Shown: one piece after another, positions 19,694 through 28,200 of the stretch
Layout of the letters: the number at the start of each line of letters is the position of its first letter
Numbering within the stretch: the stretch's first letter is position 1
Sequence record: NC_054909.1
Length of the DNA stretch: 64,000 nt
Direction: 5' to 3' (one strand)
Source: Escherichia phage EC121
Position numbers and translations under genes: made by a program
Notes under the pieces: model-generated
The model's input: only the letters and a program-made list of their open reading frames with translations
What the model was told of the DNA's origin: nothing
Database searches by the model: none

Positions 19694-20008
19694 CTAAAAG
19701 AAACTTCTTTCACAATTTTTTCCACTGAACCATGCGCTCACTGCTTTCTTAGTCTCAGGAGCAGTGTTATCCATAAACCATTCAAAGGCAGCCTTTTTAT
19801 GATTCTGGAGGGCTTCTCGGGCTTTAATCTGCTCACGGTCTATTAACACTAACATATGAGCCTTTCTTGTCACCATGGGCTTCTTATGATTTTTTGAATA
19901 CTCCCAATCATTTGTCCATCGCATTGTTGTTGCGAACTGAAATACTGCTTCTTTAATTTTAGTTTCGTAAATTTCACGAGCCTTTGAGTATAACATCACT
20001 ACCTCCAT
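19694..20008 (-). CDS. hypothetical protein (104 aa)
   Basis: minus-strand ORF. Confidence 0.55.
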   Translation of the reverse strand: MEVVMLYSKAREIYETKIKEAVFQFATTMRWTNDWEYSKNHKKPMVTRKAHMLVLIDREQIKAREALQNHKKAAFEWFMDNTAPETKKAVSAWFSGKNCERSFF

Positions 20009-20097
20009 TCACCAGTTTAATTCTAGTCATCTTTTTAATGGCAGTCCATATAATCTATTTCTGAACTGCCTTTTTGTCATAGAAGTCCTCTTATGAA

Positions 20098-20841
20098 TTA
20101 TTTCAGAAGAGTAACCTCAGCGATTTCTTCCCAACCGTTTTTGTCGGTCATAATAAAGTCAGCAAGATAAAGAGCAGTACGCAGTGAAACATTGCGTAAA
20201 CGATTAACATTGACTTTCATCCATGATAATGCTTTATAAGTTTCTTCATCAGAAAGACCGCGCTTTTGCATCATGTCAGTTGAAAGAATAACATCTTCAA
20301 CCCTGACCATAATTTCTTCATTAGTGTGAACACCCAAATCCAAATAAACTGAGCGGGACACTAATGCTTGTAAATGTGGAGCAAGTTTAGTACCACGGTC
20401 TAATTCGCGGTCAATATCAACGTTTGTGATAAAAACAATAGTTCCTTTAAATTCAAACTCGCGCTCAATGCCTTTTTCTTCTAAGTAAGAAGATGCAGTG
20501 CTCCAGCAGACTTTACGGGTCTCTCCAGTGTCCAGAGCAGCTTTTAGAAGATTAAGAATGTCCATATCAGAGAAAACATCCACATCATCAATCAAAAGGA
20601 CAGAATTCTCTTCACGATTATTCCAAAGCTGTTCATAAAGACCAATACCAGAGATTTTACCATTAATGCTTTTATACTCAATGTATCCAATATCATTTGC
20701 TTTATTTAAAGCTTTATCTAAAGAATACGTTTTACCAATACCTGCTGCTCCCGAGATAATTAATGAACGAATGTTTCCGTTAATAATACCATTCGTCATC
20801 ATTCCCATAACATTAAATCTTTTATTAATGCGGGTTTTCAT
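20098..20841 (-). CDS. P-loop (AAA-like) ATPase, function unknown
   Basis: Walker A GAAGIGKT and Walker B LLIDDVD. Confidence 0.65.
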   Translation of the reverse strand: MKTRINKRFNVMGMMTNGIINGNIRSLIISGAAGIGKTYSLDKALNKANDIGYIEYKSINGKISGIGLYEQLWNNREENSVLLIDDVDVFSDMDILNLLKAALDTGETRKVCWSTASSYLEEKGIEREFEFKGTIVFITNVDIDRELDRGTKLAPHLQALVSRSVYLDLGVHTNEEIMVRVEDVILSTDMMQKRGLSDEETYKALSWMKVNVNRLRNVSLRTALYLADFIMTDKNGWEEIAEVTLLK

Positions 20842-21102
20842 ATCTTCATACGATTCTTTAACTTCTTCAACTTTTACACCATCATATGAAATGTCTGATT
20901 TGTAAACCCAAACACCGCGACGCTTACCGTCAATTTCAACAAAAACTTTACCATCTCCTTGTGCATCTACCGGAGCATTATCTGGGAACCATTCGCCTAA
21001 GAGTTCAAAAGTTCCAGAGATTTCTTTACCGAAGTAGATACCCTCTTATTGATAGTTACAGTTTTCATTTTATTCTCCAAATCTATATCAGTTGATAGTT
21101 GT

Positions 21103-21131
21103 ATAGTACCATAAAGCTTTATGCTTGTAAA
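21103..21131 (-). promoter_or_regulatory. sigma70-type early promoter
   Basis: GTTTACA -35, 17-nt spacer, TACTAT -10 on minus strand. Confidence 0.45.
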
Positions 21132-21154
21132 CAGTTTTGTGAAAAATTTTTGAA

Positions 21155-21180
21155 ATAAAAAAGGGAGCCCGAAGGCTCCC
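21155..21180 (-). terminator. intrinsic terminator downstream of nucleotidyltransferase-like gene
   Basis: hairpin GGGAGCC-CGAA-GGCTCCC followed by T-run on minus strand. Confidence 0.55.
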
Positions 21181-21182
21181 TA

Positions 21183-22196
21183 TCATTTATAATAACTTCT
21201 GTGGTTTTCAAGATAGACCTTCTCAAGGAAGTCATCCCAGAAACTCATGTCTACTGTTTTAGGCATACCGTTCTTAGAAGCTTCAGTAGATGCTGCTTCT
21301 ACTTGATCGACCACATCTTCTAAAAACTCTTGAACCGTTTTAAATGGATGCTTACCCAACTTCACGTCGAGAATAAATGGAGCGTCTTGAAGTGGATAAA
21401 TCAAGTCGCCAGTTTTGTAAATTTCCAATAGTTGGAGTCCACCACGACAAGCATGACTTAGTGCTTTCCAATCAATACCTTCATTAGCTTCGGCTTTACG
21501 AGCACGTTCACCATATTCAGCATCTAATTTGTTCAGTGACTGCTTAAGCTCAATAAGAGAAAGCGTTGTCTGATATTTACGACCCAGCACTGTATAGAAC
21601 GTTTGTGGACCTGTTTTCTCATGATTATGGAACACCCATTCACAGAATTCGTTCTCTGGAAGACGATGCTTAATATCTTCAATTTTAGTGCGACGTTGTC
21701 CTTGTGTTCCATCTTCTCGGTAAACATTCCGTTGATCAGGAATTTGATTAACTACTTTCAATACATCACGTAATGCAGCCAAACGAGAACCTTTAACACC
21801 ATATTTAGAGGCTTGTTTACGAACATATCCTAAATAGGATTTCATGTTAGTCGTATAAAAACGAGAACGGTTGTCTTGAATAAACTTCCACACATCAGGC
21901 AAATCAGATTTAACCACTAGTTCAGGTGGAGTGTGAAGCATATCCAATGCTACAGTTTCACCATCTGCTGCTAATTTAAAGAAATATTTAAGACTGTATA
22001 GTTCATGGTCAATATCATCTTTAGTGTTTTTAGATGATGTGTTGTTAGTGTTTTTACTCATGTGCTCTTTGACATTTCCGATAAGAATATCGCGAGCAGG
22101 AGGAACAAAGATTTCTTTAAAATCTACATCAGATTCTGGGGTAGAAGTTCCATAAAGATGACTACCGAAATAGCTTTTCATTACTGTTTTCATCAT
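21183..22196 (-). CDS. Pol-beta-superfamily nucleotidyltransferase-fold protein, function unknown
   Basis: N-terminal GS-x10-DVD motif (YFGSHLYGTSTPESDVDF). Confidence 0.6.
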   Translation of the reverse strand: MMKTVMKSYFGSHLYGTSTPESDVDFKEIFVPPARDILIGNVKEHMSKNTNNTSSKNTKDDIDHELYSLKYFFKLAADGETVALDMLHTPPELVVKSDLPDVWKFIQDNRSRFYTTNMKSYLGYVRKQASKYGVKGSRLAALRDVLKVVNQIPDQRNVYREDGTQGQRRTKIEDIKHRLPENEFCEWVFHNHEKTGPQTFYTVLGRKYQTTLSLIELKQSLNKLDAEYGERARKAEANEGIDWKALSHACRGGLQLLEIYKTGDLIYPLQDAPFILDVKLGKHPFKTVQEFLEDVVDQVEAASTEASKNGMPKTVDMSFWDDFLEKVYLENHRSYYK

Positions 22197-22654
22197 TCAG
22201 CCTTATATTCAATAACAGGACATACTTTAGCTTTACGAGCTTTTAAAAATTCAACGATAATCGATTTCTTGGGTTGAATAAGAGGTAAACCTTTATTTTT
22301 CCTATCAATGTTTTCTACGTGTAAAGCATAATCCTTTTTCCATTTATAATCTTTATATTTTTCACGCAAATGTACAGGAATAACAAATGAACCAATAATA
22401 AGTAAAACAACCAAAAGCGCAAGTATAAATGCTGATGGAAGCAAAGTCCATAAACTACCAAAAATAAGCCAGCGCTGTAAACTTTCTGCACAAATAATTG
22501 TCAGCCCTACGAGTATAGCACACCCAAAAATAGAAACGAAAAATGTAGGGATAACAATAGACCAAAAGTATGCACATAGCGTCTTAGGTCGTTGCCATTC
22601 GTCGTTAAACAATTTGAATAATTTATAATGCCAAGAGTTTTCATTAATAATCAT
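22193..22654 (-). CDS. hypothetical membrane protein (153 aa)
   Basis: two long hydrophobic segments. Confidence 0.55.
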   Translation of the reverse strand: MIINENSWHYKLFKLFNDEWQRPKTLCAYFWSIVIPTFFVSIFGCAILVGLTIICAESLQRWLIFGSLWTLLPSAFILALLVVLLIIGSFVIPVHLREKYKDYKWKKDYALHVENIDRKNKGLPLIQPKKSIIVEFLKARKAKVCPVIEYKAE

Positions 22655-22656
22655 AA

Positions 22657-23178
22657 TTATCCTTTCATTGGAGGCGTAACGGTTGTTAAATACTTAATCA
22701 TAGCTTCAGCTTCTGATTTTGATAATGAAATTTCTTCATTGTTTTGACGAATAGAAATAAAATCCGGATGACGGTCACCACCAGCTTTTAAAACACACAT
22801 ATAAGTATCAACTTCGCCTTCAATATTTGAAATGATTGAAGCAGTTCCACATGAATGCGGTTTTTGATAAATCAATACAGCTTTTCTTCCACCGTTTGAC
22901 TGTTCATAGGCTTTTAATACATCAAGCAAATCAGTTCTTTTATCAATAGCTAAAATATTATTTTCATCTTCAATGTTAAATCCTTCGGATACTTCATAAA
23001 GCGTTACCCATAAATCACCGATGTCAATAACAGCATTTACTTTTCCACGGCTTTCAAGAGTATGACAAATTTTCTTGATTTCGTCATAACTCATTTTAAT
23101 AATATCATCTCCTTGACTAAGAAAGATGTCATTTTTAAATTCAACACGAATTAAACCGCTTCCACTTGAAATAAACAT
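22657..23178 (-). CDS. hypothetical protein (173 aa), paralog of next gene
   Basis: shared C-terminal motif EAEAMIKYLTTVTPPM. Confidence 0.6.
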   Translation of the reverse strand: MFISSGSGLIRVEFKNDIFLSQGDDIIKMSYDEIKKICHTLESRGKVNAVIDIGDLWVTLYEVSEGFNIEDENNILAIDKRTDLLDVLKAYEQSNGGRKAVLIYQKPHSCGTASIISNIEGEVDTYMCVLKAGGDRHPDFISIRQNNEEISLSKSEAEAMIKYLTTVTPPMKG

Positions 23179-23184
23179 ATTTCC

Positions 23185-23739
23185 TCACTTTGAAATCATA
23201 GTTGGAATGACAGAATCAAGATAAGTCTTTAGTGCAATAGCTTCATCTTTGGTAAATGTGACAATATGTGCTCGAGAATCATCAATTTGGCGAACAAGTA
23301 CGACATCGCCATCTTCATAAGAAGTCTTGACATCCAAAGTCGTAGTATAATTTGCAGCTACTGGATTAATAATGCTAGCACCGCGATCTTTAGCCCATTG
23401 AAGTTTAGCCTTTTCGGGTGTTTCGATTGTTTCAGATTCCAAGAATTCTTTCACCTTGGTAACGAATGTTGCCCAATTGTTGATAGAAAGACACATAAAT
23501 TCAGTTTCAATATTACCGCCGTAAAGGCCACGATAAAAACGAACTTGGAGGTCGCCTGTAATATTAGTTACACCGGTAACTCCTGAGGGAGCATAAGATA
23601 AAATCGCAGCCAGTTCCATAGGAAGAATAGTAATATTATCGTCTTCCTGCGTCAGAACGTATACATTATCACGTTTTTCGATAACCAGGTCACCGAACAA
23701 ATCAGTTGTTTCAATTACAGCTTTCATATTATTTACCAA
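23185..23739 (-). CDS. hypothetical protein (184 aa), paralog of previous gene
   Basis: shared C-terminal motif DEAIALKTYLDSVIPTM. Confidence 0.6.
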   Translation of the reverse strand: MVNNMKAVIETTDLFGDLVIEKRDNVYVLTQEDDNITILPMELAAILSYAPSGVTGVTNITGDLQVRFYRGLYGGNIETEFMCLSINNWATFVTKVKEFLESETIETPEKAKLQWAKDRGASIINPVAANYTTTLDVKTSYEDGDVVLVRQIDDSRAHIVTFTKDEAIALKTYLDSVIPTMISK

Positions 23740-23914
23740 TTAAAGTTTCAATATAAGAATCAAGATTTACTTTAGCTTCTTCCATAAGAGTTTTGTATTT
23801 AATCTTGTTAGCATGTCCGGAGAAAGCTGATTCATCAATAATTGTTGATGTATGAACAGCTCTACTATACGTCTCAATTAATTCTCTTAATTTAAAAGCC
23901 TGCTCACTTGTCAT
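23729..23914 (-). CDS. small helical protein (61 aa), S/T-x-EQ family
   Basis: N-terminal MTSEQAFKL, C-terminal YIETL. Confidence 0.5.
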   Translation of the reverse strand: MTSEQAFKLRELIETYSRAVHTSTIIDESAFSGHANKIKYKTLMEEAKVNLDSYIETLIGK

Positions 23915-24046
23915 TACATACTCCTTTGAATAATATCAATAATGTTGTTCACCAAATTATACGTAAACATTGGGTAATTATATTGAATCATCACATACAC
24001 AACAAACAAAACTTTCATTCTCTTCTCCTTGGCAGTTGACAAGATT

Positions 24047-24075
24047 ACTATACCATAACCTTGCCAACTTGTAAA
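24047..24075 (-). promoter_or_regulatory. sigma70-type early promoter
   Basis: GTTTACA -35 and TATAGT -10, 17-nt spacer. Confidence 0.4.
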
Positions 24076-24078
24076 CCA

Positions 24079-24252
24079 TTAAATGACGTTTTCGATAAAA
24101 TTCTGAAGCTTTGTATGAGCATCAACCATGATTTTCATTTCTTCCTTTGCGAAAGCTGTGCCTCTTTCACGAGAAGAACATTCATAGTCAGAAACTGCAT
24201 TAGCATATTCTTCAATTAGCTTCATTAAAAACATCTGCTTTTCAGTTTTCAT
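24079..24252 (-). CDS. small helical protein (57 aa, below ORF-track cutoff), S/T-x-EQ family
   Basis: MKTEKQMFL... ending NFIENVI; ATG overlaps upstream stop region. Confidence 0.4.
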   Translation of the reverse strand: MKTEKQMFLMKLIEEYANAVSDYECSSRERGTAFAKEEMKIMVDAHTKLQNFIENVI

Positions 24253-24436
24253 TATTCCACCTAATCATTTCAAGATATTGAACTAACTTAGCTTTGGATT
24301 TATCCAAATCCTTTTTAGCTGTTTCTATACCGTCGTATGAATATCCTTCACAATGCTCAACTGCTAATTGATATGAATCTATTTCAACATCACGTGCTAA
24401 TTTAATGATTTTTTCAAACTGTTCGTGTGTTAGCAT
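24242..24436 (-). CDS. small helical protein (64 aa), S/T-x-EQ family
   Basis: N-terminal MLTHEQFEKI, C-terminal YLEMI. Confidence 0.5.
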   Translation of the reverse strand: MLTHEQFEKIIKLARDVEIDSYQLAVEHCEGYSYDGIETAKKDLDKSKAKLVQYLEMIRWNNEN

Positions 24437-24438
24437 AC

Positions 24439-24642
24439 TTAAACTCTCGTATTATGATCGATAATTTCATCAAGAAACATATCTAACGCTTCTAAAGCAT
24501 TATCAACTTTAGTTTCAAAGTCTTTAATGCCTTTATTCGAAATACCCGATGAATACCAAGCAAAGTCAATCAGCTCTTCATCTGCTTTACGAATTGAAGC
24601 CACTAATTCCTTGATTTTATCTGCTTGCTCTATACTAATCAT
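24439..24642 (-). CDS. small helical protein (67 aa from internal ATG), S/T-x-EQ family
   Basis: [10 protein letters not shown]; ATG overlaps upstream stop by 1 nt. Confidence 0.5.
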   Translation of the reverse strand: MISIEQADKIKELVASIRKADEELIDFAWYSSGISNKGIKDFETKVDNALEALDMFLDEIIDHNTRV

Positions 24643-24830
24643 TATTCCACCACATATGACAGAGAGAATATTGCACACGCCATGTGAGTTGCAACTTCAT
24701 CACACATATTATAACGTTTCTTAAGAAGTTCTACCAGTTCTTCACTAGTAACTTCATCCATGTCGACGAAAAAATCACCATTAATGATGACGTAGATATT
24801 TCCTTCTTGATTGAGTGCTTCAATTTTCAT
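24642..24830 (-). CDS. hypothetical protein (62 aa from internal ATG)
   Basis: ATG at 24830 with GGAG RBS downstream of promoter 24859..24887. Confidence 0.5.
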
Positions 24831-24858
24831 GATGTTCTCCTCTTTATCCGATAGTTGT

Positions 24859-24887
24859 ATAGTATCACAGCTCAAACGGAAAGTAAA
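24859..24887 (-). promoter_or_regulatory. sigma70-type early promoter
   Basis: GTTTACT -35, TACTAT -10, conserved CTATC box downstream. Confidence 0.45.
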
Positions 24888-24898
24888 CCGGTAAAATG

Positions 24899-24920
24899 AA
24901 AAAAGTCTCCCGAAGGAGAC
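24899..24920 (-). terminator. intrinsic terminator downstream of 24926..25312 gene
   Basis: hairpin GTCTCC-CGAA-GGAGAC followed by T-run on minus strand. Confidence 0.5.
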
Positions 24921-24925
24921 TAATG

Positions 24926-25312
24926 TTATTCGAGGGAAAGAAGATACTTACTCTGGTAAAACATCCCAGTAATATCATCTATCGTGCTTTGAATGGCTGG
25001 AGGCATTTCTTTATAAATGCTGTTAGATTGGTCTAGTATGCGATCAATCATTTTAATTGTGTCGGTAGGAAGTTTACTGGCATCTGGAATTGAAGGTGTG
25101 TATTTTCTACCAGAATACCCCAAATATTGCTCACCAAATTTATCAATCAAATCTGGCAATTCGGAGAAAATAAAATCGTATGCTTTGTGTCTAGCATAAC
25201 TTTTAGTTTCAAAATGTGCAGAATGAAAATAAGCTTGTGCAGCCATTAATAAACCTAAGTATTCATCTGCCTTTGAAGGTTTTCCACTTTGTGAAAAGTC
25301 GCTGAATTTCAT
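24926..25312 (-). CDS. hypothetical protein (128 aa)
   Basis: ORF whose start overlaps rI stop. Confidence 0.6.
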
Positions 25313-25602
25313 TCAGTCTCCAATTTAATGTTCATAATTCTAGCGTATGATTGTGCCATCTCCGCGCCTCGTTCTATACATTCGAAATCAGAAGAGCACG
25401 GGTCATTTTTATAGGTCGTTCTCATAAAACTATAGAATTGTTCAGATGATTCTACGCTTTTATTTTCAAAAAGCATATAAACATGTCTAATACCAGATTC
25501 CATAAATTTATCAAAATGAGGATCGACATTCGCTTCAATCGATGGAGATAAAACAAATGACAATCCTAGCATGGCAAATAGTGCCGTTGCTTTTAAGGCC
25601 AT
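25309..25602 (-). CDS. rI: lysis inhibition regulator rI (membrane-anchored periplasmic protein)
   Basis: 97 aa, N-terminal signal anchor, location beside tk as in T4. Confidence 0.8.
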   Translation of the reverse strand: MALKATALFAMLGLSFVLSPSIEANVDPHFDKFMESGIRHVYMLFENKSVESSEQFYSFMRTTYKNDPCSSDFECIERGAEMAQSYARIMNIKLETE

Positions 25603-25614
25603 AAAGGCCTCCTA

Positions 25615-25827
25615 TCATTTTTGTCCTGTATTTACTTTATGCCGATGCACGGCCTTAACTTTATCAAGGTATTTTTCAAAATTTCGCAATCTAGTATAGT
25701 CTGCCGGAGATTGGTTGAGTGATACTTCTCGACGCAAAGCTGAAATGATATTTCCAACTTCCCTACGAATTTCATCTAATTGAAGCACAGTAAGATTGCG
25801 AAGTTGCTTTTCAGTTAATTGTAGCAT
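25615..25827 (-). CDS. small helical protein (70 aa)
   Basis: [12 protein letters not shown]..., resembles S/T-x-EQ family. Confidence 0.5.
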
Positions 25828-25869
25828 ATATACCCCTTTAGTTAGATAAACCTATTTATAACTTTTGCA

Positions 25870-26451
25870 CTAACCGAGCTTTTTAGTTAATTCGTTCCAG
25901 TGTTTTCTACACAAAGAAACATAAATTTCATCACCAATACAGATTTGATTACCTTCTTTAACTGGTGTTCCATCTTCCATTAATCGAGCTGTCATAATCG
26001 CTTTTTTGCCGCAATGACAAACTGCCTTTAGTTCAATAAGTTTATCTGCAATCGCTAAAAGTTCTTTAGAACCTTCAAACAATTTTCCAGCGAAATCAGT
26101 CCTTAATCCATAAGCCATAACAGGAACATTATATGTATCAACAATTCGGCTTAATTGGTGCACCTGTTCAGTTTTTAAAAACTGAGCTTCATCTACAAAT
26201 ACGCAATGAATATCTTTTTGTGCTTCAGCCCATTTATAGAACTCGAAAATATCCATATCATCTGTAATAATATTCGCTTCCTGTTTAATTCCAATGCGAG
26301 AAACGACTTCGCAGACAGAATCGCGAGTATCAATAGCAGGCTTAAGAACTAATACACCCATTCCACGTTCTTTATAATTATGTGCAGCAGTCAAAAGAGA
26401 AGCAGATTTTCCAGCATTCATTGCTGCATAAGTAAAAATTAAACTCGCCAT
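25870..26451 (-). CDS. tk: thymidine kinase
   Basis: 193 aa; P-loop MNAGKS, VDEAQF, Zn-finger CHCG...C..C. Confidence 0.95.
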   Translation of the reverse strand: MASLIFTYAAMNAGKSASLLTAAHNYKERGMGVLVLKPAIDTRDSVCEVVSRIGIKQEANIITDDMDIFEFYKWAEAQKDIHCVFVDEAQFLKTEQVHQLSRIVDTYNVPVMAYGLRTDFAGKLFEGSKELLAIADKLIELKAVCHCGKKAIMTARLMEDGTPVKEGNQICIGDEIYVSLCRKHWNELTKKLG

Positions 26452-26452
26452 C

Positions 26453-26641
26453 TTAGTCCTTAGTTAAATTTTCTAAATATGTTTCTAAATCATTTTCAGC
26501 TTTATCGATAGATTTTACTAATTCGTAATATGTTTCGGCATCTCCATATTCAGAAGATATTTCAAAAGACAAATCCTTTTCTAAACTAACAATTTCACTA
26601 ACTAAAAATAATATTTCGTTCTTTTGTTCGCGAGTAATCAT
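26453..26641 (-). CDS. small helical protein (62 aa), S/T-x-EQ family
   Basis: MITREQKNEI, C-terminal YLENL. Confidence 0.5.
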   Translation of the reverse strand: MITREQKNEILFLVSEIVSLEKDLSFEISSEYGDAETYYELVKSIDKAENDLETYLENLTKD

Positions 26642-26823
26642 AATGAATTTATATAATCAATGAGTTCTTGTTCTTTATTATCGAATTCTTTAGAAAGTTC
26701 TTCGTACTCGTTTGCACTAAAAGGACCGCATTCATTACAAACTTTTTCCAATTCGCTATTTTTATCCATAACTTCGTGGATAAGAGAAAAGAGTTTGTCT
26801 TTTTGTTCTTTACTCAGACTCAT
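26638..26823 (-). CDS. small helical protein (61 aa), S/T-x-EQ family
   Basis: MSLSKEQKDKL, C-terminal YINSL. Confidence 0.5.
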   Translation of the reverse strand: MSLSKEQKDKLFSLIHEVMDKNSELEKVCNECGPFSANEYEELSKEFDNKEQELIDYINSL

Positions 26824-26993
26824 ATATTAAATCCTAGAAGTTTTAAGATAATTCGCTTTTGCTTAAATATTTCCATCGTTAAATGATCAGTATCTTTTTG
26901 ACCAATTCCAATAGCAAAACCCTTATTTACGGCAAGTTCAATTAAATTATCAATATTGCGTAAAACTTCATAGCGTAACTCAAAATTATTCAT
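26820..26993 (-). CDS. small hypothetical protein (57 aa, below ORF-track cutoff)
   Basis: ATGA start/stop overlaps at both ends link it into the gene chain. Confidence 0.4.
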   Translation of the reverse strand: MNNFELRYEVLRNIDNLIELAVNKGFAIGIGQKDTDHLTMEIFKQKRIILKLLGFNI

Positions 26994-27217
26994 TTTGGTT
27001 CACCTTCTTTAACGAAATCCGGATAAGGATTAAATCCAGAATAAAATCCTTCACCTTTATGATTGCTACAACCCTTGTTCGAGCAATAGCACCAATAATC
27101 GAAATCACAAGCCATTTCATCGTTGCATAAAGCAAAAACAACCGGCCACTTACACTTTTCACAGTGGGCATTTTTAAGAATACTAGTTTGGCTCATAACC
27201 ATGTAACCTTTAAGCAA
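26990..27217 (-). CDS. hypothetical Cys-rich protein (75 aa)
   Basis: ten cysteines incl. CEKC, CSNKGC. Confidence 0.5.
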   Translation of the reverse strand: MLKGYMVMSQTSILKNAHCEKCKWPVVFALCNDEMACDFDYWCYCSNKGCSNHKGEGFYSGFNPYPDFVKEGEPK

Positions 27218-27405
27218 TATTCTTCTACATGTTGTTTACGACCTTTCTTATCAATAAAGGTATATTCAACGAATGTTCCAATGTAGTCTTTATCTACATC
27301 ATGTGGACTATTAATTGGACATTTAGTACGGCAAATGCGTTCCCATTGACGAATAATTACTGCTTTGTTTTTAGGATCAAACGGATGCGGGTAATGTACT
27401 TTCAT
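27193..27405 (-). CDS. hypothetical protein (70 aa)
   Basis: minus-strand ORF. Confidence 0.45.
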   Translation of the reverse strand: MKVHYPHPFDPKNKAVIIRQWERICRTKCPINSPHDVDKDYIGTFVEYTFIDKKGRKQHVEEYCLKVTWL

Positions 27406-27856
27406 AATCCACCACTATTAAATCAATATCAGGAGTAAACATGTCGATTAATTTAGAAACCTTATCCCAATCGCCGCCAGCAATACCACAACCTATACGC
27501 GGAATGTAAATTACTGGTTTAAACAAAAGGGTTTCTGCCTGTAGATTTAATTCTATCATGCAGTTTACTAAAGCACCATAATCAAGATTAGGACCTGGTT
27601 CGTATTGCGTATACAGGTTATAGCATATGCCAAAACCATTAGGTTTATGTTTAAAAACAATAGACATATCGCCTAATTTATCACGAGAACCGTACTCAGT
27701 AGTGGTTTTATCTATTTCTAAAATTTTGGGATAGGCTCTTGCTAATTGACCCGCTACGCCTGAACCCATAGTATGAAAACAATTGCACCCGTGCGCAATA
27801 ATATTACCTTGAAGAAATAGGGCGACAATATCGCCCTTGATATATTTTACAATCAT
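27377..27856 (-). CDS. macro-domain-like protein (putative ADP-ribose binding/hydrolase)
   Basis: GDIV...IAHGCNC...MGSGVAGQLARAY and IPRIGCGIAGGD resemble macro-domain signature blocks. Confidence 0.6.
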   Translation of the reverse strand: MIVKYIKGDIVALFLQGNIIAHGCNCFHTMGSGVAGQLARAYPKILEIDKTTTEYGSRDKLGDMSIVFKHKPNGFGICYNLYTQYEPGPNLDYGALVNCMIELNLQAETLLFKPVIYIPRIGCGIAGGDWDKVSKLIDMFTPDIDLIVVDYESTLPASV

Positions 27857-28200
27857 CTAGTACTCAATCCTCGATTATAAGAATCTACTAAACGGTCAAC
27901 CATTGAATGACAAGCGGCTTTATCTTTCTCCTCCGCAACTGAACATTCTAAGGTATTCCACTTTTTAGCATATCGTTTTAACAATGTATCATTTTTGTAT
28001 CTGCTTGATTTATCTCTTTCTCCGTCTTTATATGCATATATTAATTTCTGCGCAAATTCAGCTTGGCATGCTTTATTTTTCCCACAATAATCCGCGGCAG
28101 TACGGTTTACATACTCTCTAATTTCAGTATATGATGTATCTGCTGATGCAGAAGCAGAAAATGAAATTAATCCTATACATAAAACCAAAATTTTAGTCAT
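27853..28200 (-). CDS. hypothetical secreted protein (115 aa)
   Basis: N-terminal signal peptide MTKILVLCIGLISFSASASA. Confidence 0.55.
   Translation of the reverse strand: MTKILVLCIGLISFSASASADTSYTEIREYVNRTAADYCGKNKACQAEFAQKLIYAYKDGERDKSSRYKNDTLLKRYAKKWNTLECSVAEEKDKAACHSMVDRLVDSYNRGLSTR

Noticed and set aside
20886-21095. Plus-strand 69 aa ORF upstream of the ATPase gene
   Set aside because: Lies in the leader between a minus-strand promoter and gene; opposite strand to all neighbours.
21533-21727. 64 aa ORF inside the nucleotidyltransferase-like gene
   Set aside because: Nested in another frame of a longer gene on the same strand.
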